Positions 28,769-38,891 of a stretch of 64,000 nt of DNA are shown here, piece after piece; positions within the stretch are counted from its first letter, which is position 1; each line of letters opens with the position of its first letter. A program made the translations under genes and the position numbers. The notes under the pieces are model-generated. The model had not been told where the DNA came from, ran no database searches, and was given only the letters and a program-made list of their open reading frames with translations. Source of the DNA: Bdellovibrionales bacterium (GTDB lineage Bacteria > Bdellovibrionota > Bdellovibrionia > Bdellovibrionales > UBA1609); contig CBDBIB010000001.1 of the NCBI GenBank assembly GCA_965205945.1, positions 416,001-480,000 on the forward strand, written 5' to 3'.

Positions 28769-29830
28769 AATTTTATCAACCCCCATATAAGATAAATCTA
28801 ATTTAAAATCTAAAATTTTATTCGCAGCTAAAAAAGCAAAGGCCCCACCTTCTACAGCCTGAATAGGCCAACCAATACTTTCACTTGTTAAAACTTTAAC
28901 TCCTTTTAAAGATTCCTCTAATCTTTTTAAAAGATAACAGTTGTATGCCCCTCCCCCAGATACAATAAGCAGTTTAATTTTTCTATTTTTTATTTTATCA
29001 ATTATAGGAAGTATTGTTATTTCCGAAAGAGTTGCTAGAATATCTTGAGAAGATAAGTTTTTCATTCTTTTTAAGATTGTATTTAATTCAACTTCAGAAA
29101 AATCCTTTCTTCCACAACTTTTTAGAGTTTTCTTTTTTAGAAAGCTATTTGTAACAATATACTCTTTAGCTAATTTTATATGAGGCACACCTCTTAGTGC
29201 TGTCTTGCCACCACGATCAAAATCTTTAAAGAAAAGTTTTCTCATTGCTCCATCTAAAAAAATATTTCCAGGACCAACATCCGTTGCATTTAATTTCTTA
29301 CCCTCTTTAAAGGTAATATTAGATATACCCCCTATATTTAAAAACCCCCAATTTTTTTTATGTCCCATTATAGCATTGTGAAACAAAGGAGCTAAAGGTG
29401 CTCCCTGCCCCCCAATGCTTAGAATTTTAGCTCTAAAATCACTCACTACAGGAACATTAAAACGTTTTAAATACGAGGGCTCACCTATTTGCACTGTTGC
29501 TTTTGGAGCTTGATGAAAAACCGTTTGCCCATGAAGGCCAATTAAATCTATTTTCCATTTTTTTATTCTTTGAATTTTATCAAGAGAATCAGCATAAAAC
29601 TTGCCTAGTTTAAAATGTAAAAGCTGGGAATCTCTAAAACTCATTCTACCTTCAGCCAAATTAAATAAAGCCTTCTTCATATGCTTAGAGTACACAACAG
29701 ATCCCATATCTTTGTATTTAAATTTTTTTATATTTTGTTCTACCAATACAAAATCAACACCATCTAAACTCGTACCACTCATGATCCCAACAATATTTAA
29801 TTTTGTCATTTTTTTTATCCTATATATCAT
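28742..29830 (-). CDS. anmK: Anhydro-N-acetylmuramic acid kinase (start may be the Met seven codons later)
   Basis: GIMSGTSLDGVD, HGQTVFH, GGQGAPL, NIGGISN, DVGPGN and SGGGAYN. Confidence 0.93.
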   Translation of the reverse strand: MIYRIKKMTKLNIVGIMSGTSLDGVDFVLVEQNIKKFKYKDMGSVVYSKHMKKALFNLAEGRMSFRDSQLLHFKLGKFYADSLDKIQRIKKWKIDLIGLHGQTVFHQAPKATVQIGEPSYLKRFNVPVVSDFRAKILSIGGQGAPLAPLFHNAIMGHKKNWGFLNIGGISNITFKEGKKLNATDVGPGNIFLDGAMRKLFFKDFDRGGKTALRGVPHIKLAKEYIVTNSFLKKKTLKSCGRKDFSEVELNTILKRMKNLSSQDILATLSEITILPIIDKIKNRKIKLLIVSGGGAYNCYLLKRLEESLKGVKVLTSESIGWPIQAVEGGAFAFLAANKILDFKLDLSYMGVDKILSPLGRID

Positions 29831-29962
29831 GCTTTATTTTTACCATACTTTCTTTAAACCCTCATAGACAATTTTTTCCTTTCTCTTAATCTATTATTCT
29901 CATACTATTAAGAACTAATAGCTTTTTAATAAACATTAAGCTATTTAACTAATGGAGTTTAA

Positions 29963-30883
29963 ATGGTTAAGGCCCTAATCTATAGATTGCTTTTACTTAC
30001 TCCTCTTATCTTTATCATTTCGTCTATAACGTTTTTAATTATTCATTTCATCCCCGGCGATCCTGTTGATCTCATGCTTGGAGACTATGCTCTTGAATCC
30101 GAACGCGAGAGCCTACGCCTATCCTTAGGGCTTTCAGGAAATCTTTGGGATCAGTACCTTTATTTCATTTCCAATCTTTTTAAATTCAATTTAGGAAATT
30201 CTATCTTTTCAGATTCCTCTGTAACAAAACTTATAATACAAAGAGTTCCGGCTACCTTAGAGCTGACTTTAGTCTCGATTCTTATGTCTTGCCTATGGGG
30301 AATTCCTTTAGGTGTTCTTACCGCAAGTACAAAATCTAGCAGCCTTGATTTTATAGGAACCTCTTTAGGTGTTTTAGGAATGTCTGTTCCTGGCTATTTT
30401 CTTGGACCTATTCTTATATGGATTTTTTCAGTTAATCTAGGCATATTGCCTGTTGGGGGCAGAGAAGGCCTTTTAAATCTAGTTCTTCCAAGCTTAAGCC
30501 TAGCTCTTCCTCTTGGCGCCATATTAATGCGTATGACAAGAGCGGCAATGCAAGAGGTGCTTACTCAAGAATATATTCAAGTTGCTTATGCAAAAGGAAT
30601 TACAAAAAAAACACTCTATTTCAAACATGCCCTTAAAAATGCACTTATTCCCATCATTACTATTATAGGCCTTCAAATAGGAACTCTTCTAACAGGAACG
30701 GTCATCACAGAAACTATCTTTAGTTGGCCTGGCTTAGGCACTCTGCTTTTTGATGCTATAAACCAAAGAGATTACCCCATTGTTCAAGGCTGCATCATCA
30801 TTATTGCTTGTATCTATGTTATTGTAAATTTTTTGACTGATGTTTTATATACCATTGTAAATCCAAAGGTTACCAATATATGA
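29963..30883 (+). CDS. Peptide/nickel ABC transporter permease (DppB/OppB-like)
   Basis: PGDP, PATLEL, EYIQVAYAKG, HALKNA, ETIFSWPGLG and RDYP. Confidence 0.9.
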   Translation: MVKALIYRLLLLTPLIFIISSITFLIIHFIPGDPVDLMLGDYALESERESLRLSLGLSGNLWDQYLYFISNLFKFNLGNSIFSDSSVTKLIIQRVPATLELTLVSILMSCLWGIPLGVLTASTKSSSLDFIGTSLGVLGMSVPGYFLGPILIWIFSVNLGILPVGGREGLLNLVLPSLSLALPLGAILMRMTRAAMQEVLTQEYIQVAYAKGITKKTLYFKHALKNALIPIITIIGLQIGTLLTGTVITETIFSWPGLGTLLFDAINQRDYPIVQGCIIIIACIYVIVNFLTDVLYTIVNPKVTNI

Positions 30884-31698
30884 AAAAACTAAATATGTTT
30901 TTCATAACTGGAGTGTTTTTGATTACAAGCTTTTTACTCCTTGGCATCTACAGCTTTGGAATTTCTTATGAAGAGGCCAACAGCATTTCTTTAAACTACA
31001 AGTTCCAAACACCTTCTTTAAATTTTTTAATGGGAACTGATGAAACTGGAGCCGATCTTTTTAAAAAAATTGCCGTTGGAACAAGGATTAGTTTAACAAT
31101 TGCTTTTTCAGTAGTTTTTATAAGTTTAATTGTTGGTCTTATTTATGGTTCAATTTCAGGTTATATCGGTGGTAGAACAGATTCTTTTTTAATGCGAACT
31201 CTGGATCTATTTTACTCTTTTCCAGGTTTCTTATTAGCTCTAGCACTCGTTTGTGTATTAGGCCCCTCTATTCAAAATCTTATTCTTGCGCTCTCGCTTA
31301 CTAGTTGGACTGGCTTTGCAAGACTTGTTAGAGGGGAAATTCTACATATTAAAGAACAAGATTTTATACAAGCAGCTCGATCAATAGGAGCTTCACCAAT
31401 AAGGATTATAGTTTTTTATTTCTGGCCTAACTTAGCTGGTGTTTTGCTTGTACAAAGCACTTTTTCTCTAGCAGGAACTCTTATTGTTGAATCCGGTTTA
31501 AGCTTTCTAGGCTTAGGAGCTCCAGCACACATTCCCACCTGGGGCTCTATACTGAATACAGGAAAATTTTACCTTGTTGAAGCCTTACATATCTCATTTT
31601 TTCCTGGAATTTGCATAGTTTTACTTGTCCTCGGCTTTAATCTTTTAGGTGATGGATTAAAACAAATCCTTGACCCTAAAAAAACTTCTATCATTTAA
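30880..31698 (+). CDS. Peptide ABC transporter permease (DppC/OppC-like)
   Basis: MGTDETG, FIQAARSIGAS, ESGLSFLGLG and FNLLGDGL..ILDP. Confidence 0.9.
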   Translation: MKKLNMFFITGVFLITSFLLLGIYSFGISYEEANSISLNYKFQTPSLNFLMGTDETGADLFKKIAVGTRISLTIAFSVVFISLIVGLIYGSISGYIGGRTDSFLMRTLDLFYSFPGFLLALALVCVLGPSIQNLILALSLTSWTGFARLVRGEILHIKEQDFIQAARSIGASPIRIIVFYFWPNLAGVLLVQSTFSLAGTLIVESGLSFLGLGAPAHIPTWGSILNTGKFYLVEALHISFFPGICIVLLVLGFNLLGDGLKQILDPKKTSII

Positions 31699-31705
31699 TA
31701 CGTAA

Positions 31706-32746
31706 ATGAATAAAAAAATAAAATTAGCTCAGTTTTTATGGACAGGATTAAAAGGAACAACAGTTTCAAAGGAAGAAGAAGAATTTTTAACAAAAACTCC
31801 TCCCGGAGCAATTATCTTATTTACTAGAAATTATAAATCTTTAAATCAACTTTGGAAACTTACTAAAAACCTTCAAAAGATTGCCGCAAACAACGGTTTA
31901 AAAAAACCTTTTATAATTGGAATTGATATGGAGGGGGGAAGAGTGCAGAGGCTAAAAACACCTTTTACCATTTGGCCTTCAATGAAAAAGCTTGGAGATA
32001 TTAACTCAACAACTCTAGCCTTTAATTTTGCAAAATCCATGGGCAAAGAACTTAGAGCTGTTGGAATCAATTTTAACTTTTCTCCTTGCACAGATACTTT
32101 ACTAAATAACAAGAATAACGTTATTGGTGACAGGGCTTTTTCCAACAATCATCATATTGTTGGAAAGCTAGCTTCTTGTATAATTCGTGGCTTTAAAAAA
32201 GAAAATATTCTTACCTGCATTAAACATTTTCCAGGACACGGATACTCCGCTCTTGATAGCCATAATGAGTTACCTATTGATGACCGCAGGCTAGAAGACA
32301 TTCATGAAATTAACGCTTTTAAAAAAACTCTTAAAACTAAACCTGAATTTATCATGCCTGCACACATTATATTCCCAAAAATTGATCCCTATTTTCCAGT
32401 TACTCTTTCTAAAACATGGATAAAAAATGTTTTAATTGATCAATTTAATTGCAGGTCATTTCTAATTTCAGATGATTTAGATATGGGGGCTCTTAATAAT
32501 TATGACTTTGATATGATGGTTAAGCGCATTTATAACTTAGGATTTCATCAACTTTTATTCTGTCACAGTCATGAAAAAGCCCAAAAAGCTTTGGAGTTAC
32601 TAAACCAATCTTGTGAACTTGATAAAATTAGACTCAACCAAATTCTAGATTTAAAAGATAATACTCATCTTCTTGGACCTGATATTCTCAATGATGATAT
32701 AATAGGGCACAAAGAACATAAAAAAATTGCTGATCAATTTAAATAA
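31706..32746 (+). CDS. nagZ: Beta-N-acetylhexosaminidase (GH3)
   Basis: ILFTRN, DMEGGRVQR, KHFPGHG....DSH and SDDLDMGA. Confidence 0.92.
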   Translation: MNKKIKLAQFLWTGLKGTTVSKEEEEFLTKTPPGAIILFTRNYKSLNQLWKLTKNLQKIAANNGLKKPFIIGIDMEGGRVQRLKTPFTIWPSMKKLGDINSTTLAFNFAKSMGKELRAVGINFNFSPCTDTLLNNKNNVIGDRAFSNNHHIVGKLASCIIRGFKKENILTCIKHFPGHGYSALDSHNELPIDDRRLEDIHEINAFKKTLKTKPEFIMPAHIIFPKIDPYFPVTLSKTWIKNVLIDQFNCRSFLISDDLDMGALNNYDFDMMVKRIYNLGFHQLLFCHSHEKAQKALELLNQSCELDKIRLNQILDLKDNTHLLGPDILNDDIIGHKEHKKIADQFK

Positions 32747-32781
32747 TTATTCTATTTTTAAAACACTCATAGGAGCTCATT

Positions 32782-33609
32782 ATGCTTAAAAAAATTATTA
32801 CCCTATCTATAATATGTACTTTTTCATTTACGGTATTTGCTGAAAAAAATATTTTCACTGATGAAGAGTTTAAACAAAATGAGTTTGATCTTATAAGCAA
32901 GGACTTAGTTGCAGCCTTTGCTCATACTATAAACTCTGGAGGTTCATCTTTAGGAAAAATTTGGGGCCTTGAAGCCGGTATTGTTGCAGGTATTTTATCC
33001 TCTAAGAATTTAGAAAATGTTGCTAAAAACATTTCTGGCATAAAACAAGACAACTTTTCATACATACCTTACGCTGGTTTTATTGCAGGCGTTACACTTC
33101 CTTTTGGAATAGGTTATGAGTTAAATATAATTCCTACTCTAGGTCTAGATTTCGAAAACGACTCCTTTTTTAATACCAGCACTGCTTTAAGATGGTCCGT
33201 AACTGACCTTATTCCAATAGTAGGAACATTCTCACCGTTAAAAATTGCTCTAAAAGCTGCTTTTGGGAAAACAGCAGTTAAGTATACCTTTAATATTAAT
33301 ACAGACTCTGAAGAAAAAACTGATTTTAAACTTAATAATACTGAGCTTGGTATTGTTGCAGGATTTAATTTATTTTTAATTGAACCTTATCTTGGCTTAA
33401 GTCATGTCAAATCAAAAACTAGATTACACGCATCAACCAATATTAAAATTCCAGGTATCATTACAGAACAGACTTTAAAATCAGATTTATCAGGAACCAG
33501 AACAATTATTGGTCTTTTATTTAAACTACCCATATTTAGAATTGGTCTAGAATGGTCTAATTTACAAGATTCTAATAGATACACAGCAAAGCTGTCTTTA
33601 AAAATTTAA
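32782..33609 (+). CDS. Exported, probable outer-membrane beta-barrel protein
   Basis: AGGAG RBS; signal peptide (VFA); amphipathic strands in the C-terminal half. Confidence 0.65.
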   Translation: MLKKIITLSIICTFSFTVFAEKNIFTDEEFKQNEFDLISKDLVAAFAHTINSGGSSLGKIWGLEAGIVAGILSSKNLENVAKNISGIKQDNFSYIPYAGFIAGVTLPFGIGYELNIIPTLGLDFENDSFFNTSTALRWSVTDLIPIVGTFSPLKIALKAAFGKTAVKYTFNINTDSEEKTDFKLNNTELGIVAGFNLFLIEPYLGLSHVKSKTRLHASTNIKIPGIITEQTLKSDLSGTRTIIGLLFKLPIFRIGLEWSNLQDSNRYTAKLSLKI

Positions 33610-33651
33610 AAACCCTCTCATAACCCATCTAGTTTTTTATAAAAATAGTTA

Positions 33652-34674
33652 ACCCGAATTCGAACTTTTTAAATCTGCTGTAACATTCTATTCTCATGGG
33701 TTTGAATACGAATTGATAGCTTAAAAGGGCGCAGAAATATGCTGTTAGTGCTGACAAAACATTTATCACAAAGTTTAAACTTTGATGTCAAGAGTGTTCA
33801 ATGTGAAACTCTTCTTTTAAAATTCCAAAAACAGTCTCAACAATATATCTTTTCCTCAGTAACAGTTTGTCAAATAGTGGAACAAACCTATTTTTCATAT
33901 TTGATTTTAAATTCGTAATCAACTAAACACCTTTAGCCATAAGTTTTTTAAAGAACTTCTGGAAGATGTCCCCCTTATCACCAAAAAATTTTCCTAAAAA
34001 AAAACCATGAGCAAGATCTTCTAGAGGTTTTTTATCATGTACATTTCCTGGAGTTATTGTGAAGTTTAAAAGCCCCCCTTTGTGAGAAATAATGATGTGA
34101 ACTTTAAACCCAAAGAACTAAGCCATTGTTAACCTTCCTTTCTTTGCAAGCCTTTTAAAGGTTTCGTGTCGGTTGATTCTTTTGTTATTGCAAACAACTA
34201 AAGGGCTTAAATCAACTATGGAAATTTTAGTGCAAAGATTTGATTGCATCAACGAGTGTAGAAAAATAAAAAGATGTGGAGCCAAAGATTTTTTAAGTTC
34301 TACAAACCTGTTGTAAGATAAGCGTTTTGGGAAATCTGCTTTTAAAAAGCTTTAAGTATAGCCCTGTGTAGAAAGCCTTAAAATTCCTGAACCCAGAAAA
34401 TTAAAATAATAGACATATGGTGATCACTTCTGATTCTGATAACGCCGGGGGAAAACCTTCCTTCTTCTTACTGGATATAAGCTTGCGTTGCTCTTTATGA
34501 AATCCTAAAATAAAATCGCCAACAAGAGTAAAAACTTCTATAAGTTGATTCTCTTTAATCATTCCCAGCTTCTTTTTTGCAGATTAGTTAAAAACAAAAA
34601 ATAAATCTTACAAAAGACTGGGGTGATCTTTTATTTATTCAGGGCTTAGATCCTGAATAAGTCCAAATTCGGGT
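33652..34674 (-). mobile_element. IS982-family insertion sequence, full length (1023 bp), transposase pseudogenised
   Basis: Terminal IRs ACCCGAATTCGAAC and GTCCAAATTCGGGT. Minus-strand translation from ATG 34562 gives LSESEVITI, SYNRFVEL, SPLVVCNNKRINRH, FFGFKVH, TPGNVHD, GDKG and IEHS, with stops and frameshifts. Confidence 0.92.
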
Positions 34675-34939
34675 TAGATAAGATTTCATAGGTTTAAGAG
34701 TATCCACGCATGGACTTTTCTAGCCTCAAGTAAGCCTCTTTTTTCCTCTTTAGTTGTGGTTTGATTGTAAGCAGCTAAGTTCTTAAAATGAATTCTTTTA
34801 CGTTTTAAAAGCTTAAGGGCCCTGACAAAGCCTCTAACTCCACTTTTCTTTTAAAAAAAACCTTTTTGTCTTATCAACACTTGAATAATTTATACTTGTA
34901 AGTTTAATTAAATATTTAACTTTCAAAAAGGTAATTATA

Positions 34940-36010
34940 ATGTTTATTAAACGTACTTTTTTTATATTTTGTTTTTGTGCCATCAATTCTCAACCTTTAA
35001 GAGCTCAAGTCAGTTCTTTTTCTCAAGCAAGCTCACCTAGATCCAACCCCAATATTAGCGTTAATGTATTAATGTTAGGACGCACTGGAAATAGTGGAGA
35101 AAGCGCCTTATCTAAAAACCCGAATGGACTTCAACTTCAAGAAGTTGAGACAAGGTTTACCTCAAACATTGACAGTTACTTTATGGGTAATGTCGTGCTT
35201 GCTATTGAAAAAGAAAATGAGGAGTTTAAAGTTGAACCCGAGGAAGTTTTTATTCAAACACTTTTCCTACCTTCTTTTACAATTAAGGCTGGAAAATTCT
35301 ATGCCCTTTTAGGACGCCACAATCATCTTCACACTCACTCGTTTCCATTTATTAATAAACCCCTCACAAATGAAATTTTATTAGGAGAGGAAGGTTTAAA
35401 TGAAGAAGGGGTAGCTATATCTTACTTGGTTCCAACCTCTTGGTATTTTGAAATAGTTGCACAGGGTTTTTCAGCAACCAACGAAATTCTTTTTAATAGC
35501 ACGAGTAAAAACGATATTACAGGCATTTTATTTATAAAAAACCTTTGGGATTTAAGTGATGCTTCAACATTTGAATTTAATCTTGCCTATGCAAATGGAA
35601 AAAACTCATTTAATGGAACAACTTACCTTTATAACGCCTCTGCAACTTATAAGTGGCGCCCTATTCAAAAATCTATAAACCATAGCTTTTCTTGGACCAT
35701 TGAGTTTTTACAATCTCACAGAGAAAATGCTACAAAGGATAAAAAAATTGGTGGTATTAGTTCCTGGGCACAATGGCAACTTACAAGACGTTGGTGGCTG
35801 CAAGGACGAGGCGAGTACCTTGGACTGCCAAAACCGGATGCTGGCACAATAACAAAATATTCAGCCCTTGTAGGGCTTGCCCTAACTGAATACTCAGCTT
35901 TAAGACTTCAATACGATAAGATTAACCAAAATTCTCATAGCAAAAACGAGCACCATATTTCCTTACAGTTAAATGTTAGCCTTGGCGCACATCCAGCGCA
36001 TAACTACTAA
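34940..36010 (+). CDS. Putative outer-membrane porin for metal uptake
   Basis: Signal peptide; NPNIS; HNHLHTH motif; beta-strand pattern; C-terminal GAHPAHNY; first gene of a metal-binding-protein operon. Confidence 0.7.
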   Translation: MFIKRTFFIFCFCAINSQPLRAQVSSFSQASSPRSNPNISVNVLMLGRTGNSGESALSKNPNGLQLQEVETRFTSNIDSYFMGNVVLAIEKENEEFKVEPEEVFIQTLFLPSFTIKAGKFYALLGRHNHLHTHSFPFINKPLTNEILLGEEGLNEEGVAISYLVPTSWYFEIVAQGFSATNEILFNSTSKNDITGILFIKNLWDLSDASTFEFNLAYANGKNSFNGTTYLYNASATYKWRPIQKSINHSFSWTIEFLQSHRENATKDKKIGGISSWAQWQLTRRWWLQGRGEYLGLPKPDAGTITKYSALVGLALTEYSALRLQYDKINQNSHSKNEHHISLQLNVSLGAHPAHNY

Positions 36011-36020
36011 GAAAGTAAGT

Positions 36021-36929
36021 ATGAAAAAAATCCTTATTTTTTTACTAATATCATCACTCACCCCAGTGACAGCCTTTGCTAAATTAAATGTGCTCACTAC
36101 CACTACCACCTTAAAATCCATTGCAAAAAGTATTGGTGGCAAATATGTCAAAGTTAATTCAATTACAAAAGGGACACAAGATCCTCATTTTGTGGAAGCA
36201 AAACCTTCATATATGGTAAAAGCTAGACAAGCTGATTTAATAATTGCTGTTGGTCTAGACTTAGAGATTGGGTGGCTACCAAATATTATCCGAGGCTCAC
36301 GAAATCCTAAAATTATGGATGGAGGCCCCGGCTATTTTCAAGCCAGTCGTTTCATTACCCCTATTCAAGTACAAAAAGGTCGAGTTGACCGCTCTAAAGG
36401 TGATATTCATGCACTTGGAAACCCCCACTTCATACTTGACCCCCTTCGCACCATAAAAATTGCTAAAGCCCTTTCTAAAAAATTCTCTAAACTAGATCCC
36501 AATAACGAAATTTACTATAATCAAAATGCAAAAACTTTTGAAAAAAAAATCAATCAAAAGCTTTTAAAATGGCATAAAAGAATTAAACAAAAAGGAATAA
36601 AAAAAGTTGTCACTTATCACAAAACACTTAGTTATTTTCTTCACCGCTTTGGCTTAAAACTGTCAGGAGAAATTGAAACTAAGCCCGGAGTGCCACCAAC
36701 TATAAAATATATTCTTTCTCTTATGGAAACTATTAAAAAAGAAAAAGTCTCCTGTATCTTAGTTGAAAGCTTTTTTGAAACAAACACTGCTCAAAGAATA
36801 AAAAAAAATGTCCCTCTTCAAATTAAAGTCATACCAACTGAAGTCAATGCAACAAAAAAAGCCACAAACTATGAGGCTTTGATTGAAACCATAGTAGCCT
36901 CAATTGAAAGTTGTACAACAAAAAAATAA
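36021..36929 (+). CDS. Metal ABC substrate-binding protein (ZnuA/TroA family)
   Basis: Signal peptide from ATG 36021; QDPHF, GDIH..GNPHF and VTYH. Confidence 0.9.
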   Translation: MKKILIFLLISSLTPVTAFAKLNVLTTTTTLKSIAKSIGGKYVKVNSITKGTQDPHFVEAKPSYMVKARQADLIIAVGLDLEIGWLPNIIRGSRNPKIMDGGPGYFQASRFITPIQVQKGRVDRSKGDIHALGNPHFILDPLRTIKIAKALSKKFSKLDPNNEIYYNQNAKTFEKKINQKLLKWHKRIKQKGIKKVVTYHKTLSYFLHRFGLKLSGEIETKPGVPPTIKYILSLMETIKKEKVSCILVESFFETNTAQRIKKNVPLQIKVIPTEVNATKKATNYEALIETIVASIESCTTKK

Positions 36930-36943
36930 ACCCTGGATAGTTT

Positions 36944-37744
36944 ATGAACGATGTCATTTTATTCCTAGCCCCTCCCTTTATGATGTGCCTCATCTTAATA
37001 GGTATTCACTGTTATCTAGGACTTCACGTCCTTGCACGGGGTGTGATTTTTGTTGATCTTGCCTTAGCTCAAGTTGCTGCTTTAGGAAGCCTATTTGCTT
37101 TTTTATTTAATTTTGAACACTCTGATACAGCCACATATTTTATTTCATTAACAGGAACCATCATCGCCGCACTGTTTCTTTCTCTTGCCAACCTTTATCG
37201 AAATAAATTTTCTCAAGAAGCTATAATAGGAATTCTGTATGCTTGCTCCACAGCTTCTATTATTTTAATTGCTGATAAGATGAGTCATGGAACTGAACAC
37301 ATAAAATATGCTCTAGTCGGTCAACTTCTTTGGGTAACTTGGAGCGATGTTTTAAAAGTTACCGCCATTTATAGTATCGTTTCTACTATCCACTATATTT
37401 TAAGAAAGCCCCTCATAGACAATTCATTTGGAAAAAACTCTCATTGGAAATGGGATTTTATTTTTTATGCTCTTTTTGGTGTAGTTATTACAAGTTCAGT
37501 TCATGTGGCCGGAGTGTTATTGGTGTTTTCATTTCTCATTGTCCCTGCTGTTTTAAGTTCAATCTTTTATAAAAGACTCTTTCCTAGACTTTTATTAGGT
37601 TGGGGCGTGGGCTTTGTTTTAAGCGTTTTAGGAATGTCGCTTTCTTATTGGCTAGATCTTCCAGCAGGTGCTTTAATTGTAGTTGTGTTTACCTTAGTTC
37701 CTATTTTCGTAGTTCTAGGCATGAAAACTATTAAAGCACCTTAA
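36944..37744 (+). CDS. Metal ABC permease (ZnuB/ABC-3-like)
   Basis: RGVIFVDLALAQVAALG, EAIIGILY and AGVLLVFSFLIVPA. Confidence 0.85.
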   Translation: MNDVILFLAPPFMMCLILIGIHCYLGLHVLARGVIFVDLALAQVAALGSLFAFLFNFEHSDTATYFISLTGTIIAALFLSLANLYRNKFSQEAIIGILYACSTASIILIADKMSHGTEHIKYALVGQLLWVTWSDVLKVTAIYSIVSTIHYILRKPLIDNSFGKNSHWKWDFIFYALFGVVITSSVHVAGVLLVFSFLIVPAVLSSIFYKRLFPRLLLGWGVGFVLSVLGMSLSYWLDLPAGALIVVVFTLVPIFVVLGMKTIKAP

Positions 37745-37865
37745 AAAAACTTTATAGTGAATCTTTTGTCAGTATTAACTGGGTATTGCCTGCGCGCTTT
37801 TAAACCGGTAATACGTGTCATGAAAATAGAATGTTAAACTAGATTTAAAAAGTCCAAATTCGGGT
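37745..37865 (+). mobile_element. IS982-family 3'-end fragment (transposase C-terminus plus IR), inverted relative to the 33652-34674 copy
   Basis: Encodes NFIVNLLSVLTGYCLRAFKP and ends AAGTCCAAATTCGGGT; its reverse complement aligns with about 33646-33775. Confidence 0.85.
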
Positions 37866-37964
37866 TAACTAAACTCTTAGACTCAACTGACTTAGAAAAA
37901 TTAACTCTTACCTTAAGGTTTCTTTTCTCTTCATCTTTTAACTAGAGTTTAAAAATTTAGATTT

Positions 37965-38891
37965 TTAGATAATTTTTAATTCATCAGGCCAGGGAACTTT
38001 AAAAGTAAGGAGTTGTCTTGTTAAAGGATGTTTAAAGTTAAGTTCTTTAGCAACTAAGGCAAGACGTTTTAACTTCTTAGCTTTAGATTTTAAGATAGGA
38101 TCTTGTAGATCATTTATTTTTTTTTTCGAGCTATAAATAGGATCGTTTAAAATAGGATGACCTTTTTCTGACAAGTGAACACGTATTTGATGTGTACGAC
38201 CAGTTTCTAAGGAAAGTTCTACTAGACTAAGACTACCCTGCTTTAAAACTTTATAATGTGTAATCGCAATTTTTCCGACCTTTTGACTTAAAAACTTCTT
38301 TCTATCTCTAGGGTTTCGTGAAAGATTTGTCCTTAATGTTCCTTTTTGAATTTTTAATTTACCAAAAATAAGAGCCCAATAAATTCGACAAGCCTCTTTA
38401 TTTTTAAATTGTTCACTTAAAGACTCAAAAGCAATTTTAGTTTTAGCTAGAACTAAAAGACCACTAGTATCCTTATCAAGTCTATGCACAACTCCAGGAC
38501 GAATAGAGTCATTCTTTAAAAGTTTATCAAAGAGCGCGTTTACAAGAGTTCCATCAAGATTTCCTGCCCCAGGATGAGTAACAAGACCAATAGGTTTATT
38601 AACAACAATTAGATCATTATCTTCAAAAATTATTTCAACAAAAATTTCCTGTTGAAATGCCATAATTTTTTTTTTTAACAACGTTGTCATTGTTATTTCA
38701 ATTGAATCATTTAAGTTTAATAATAAAGAGGCTTTAACTTTATTTTTATTTACGGTAATTGCTTCAGATTTTATCATTTTTTGAATTTGTATTCGACTAA
38801 AATCAGGATATAAACGACTAATAAAAAGATCAAGTCTTTGAATAGTATTTTTAGATTCAACAATATAGGTTTTTTTATTTTCTAAATTCAT
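37965..38891 (-). CDS. rluD: RluA/RluD-family pseudouridine synthase
   Basis: S4 domain, VVNKP.G..THP, HRLDKDTSG and TGRTHQIRVH. Confidence 0.88.
   Translation of the reverse strand: MNLENKKTYIVESKNTIQRLDLFISRLYPDFSRIQIQKMIKSEAITVNKNKVKASLLLNLNDSIEITMTTLLKKKIMAFQQEIFVEIIFEDNDLIVVNKPIGLVTHPGAGNLDGTLVNALFDKLLKNDSIRPGVVHRLDKDTSGLLVLAKTKIAFESLSEQFKNKEACRIYWALIFGKLKIQKGTLRTNLSRNPRDRKKFLSQKVGKIAITHYKVLKQGSLSLVELSLETGRTHQIRVHLSEKGHPILNDPIYSSKKKINDLQDPILKSKAKKLKRLALVAKELNFKHPLTRQLLTFKVPWPDELKII

Noticed and set aside
34685..34850. Minus-strand open stretch (..RGFVRALKLLKRKRIHFKNL..) beside the IS982
   Set aside because: No start codon and no recognisable family. It may be a relic but cannot be supported.
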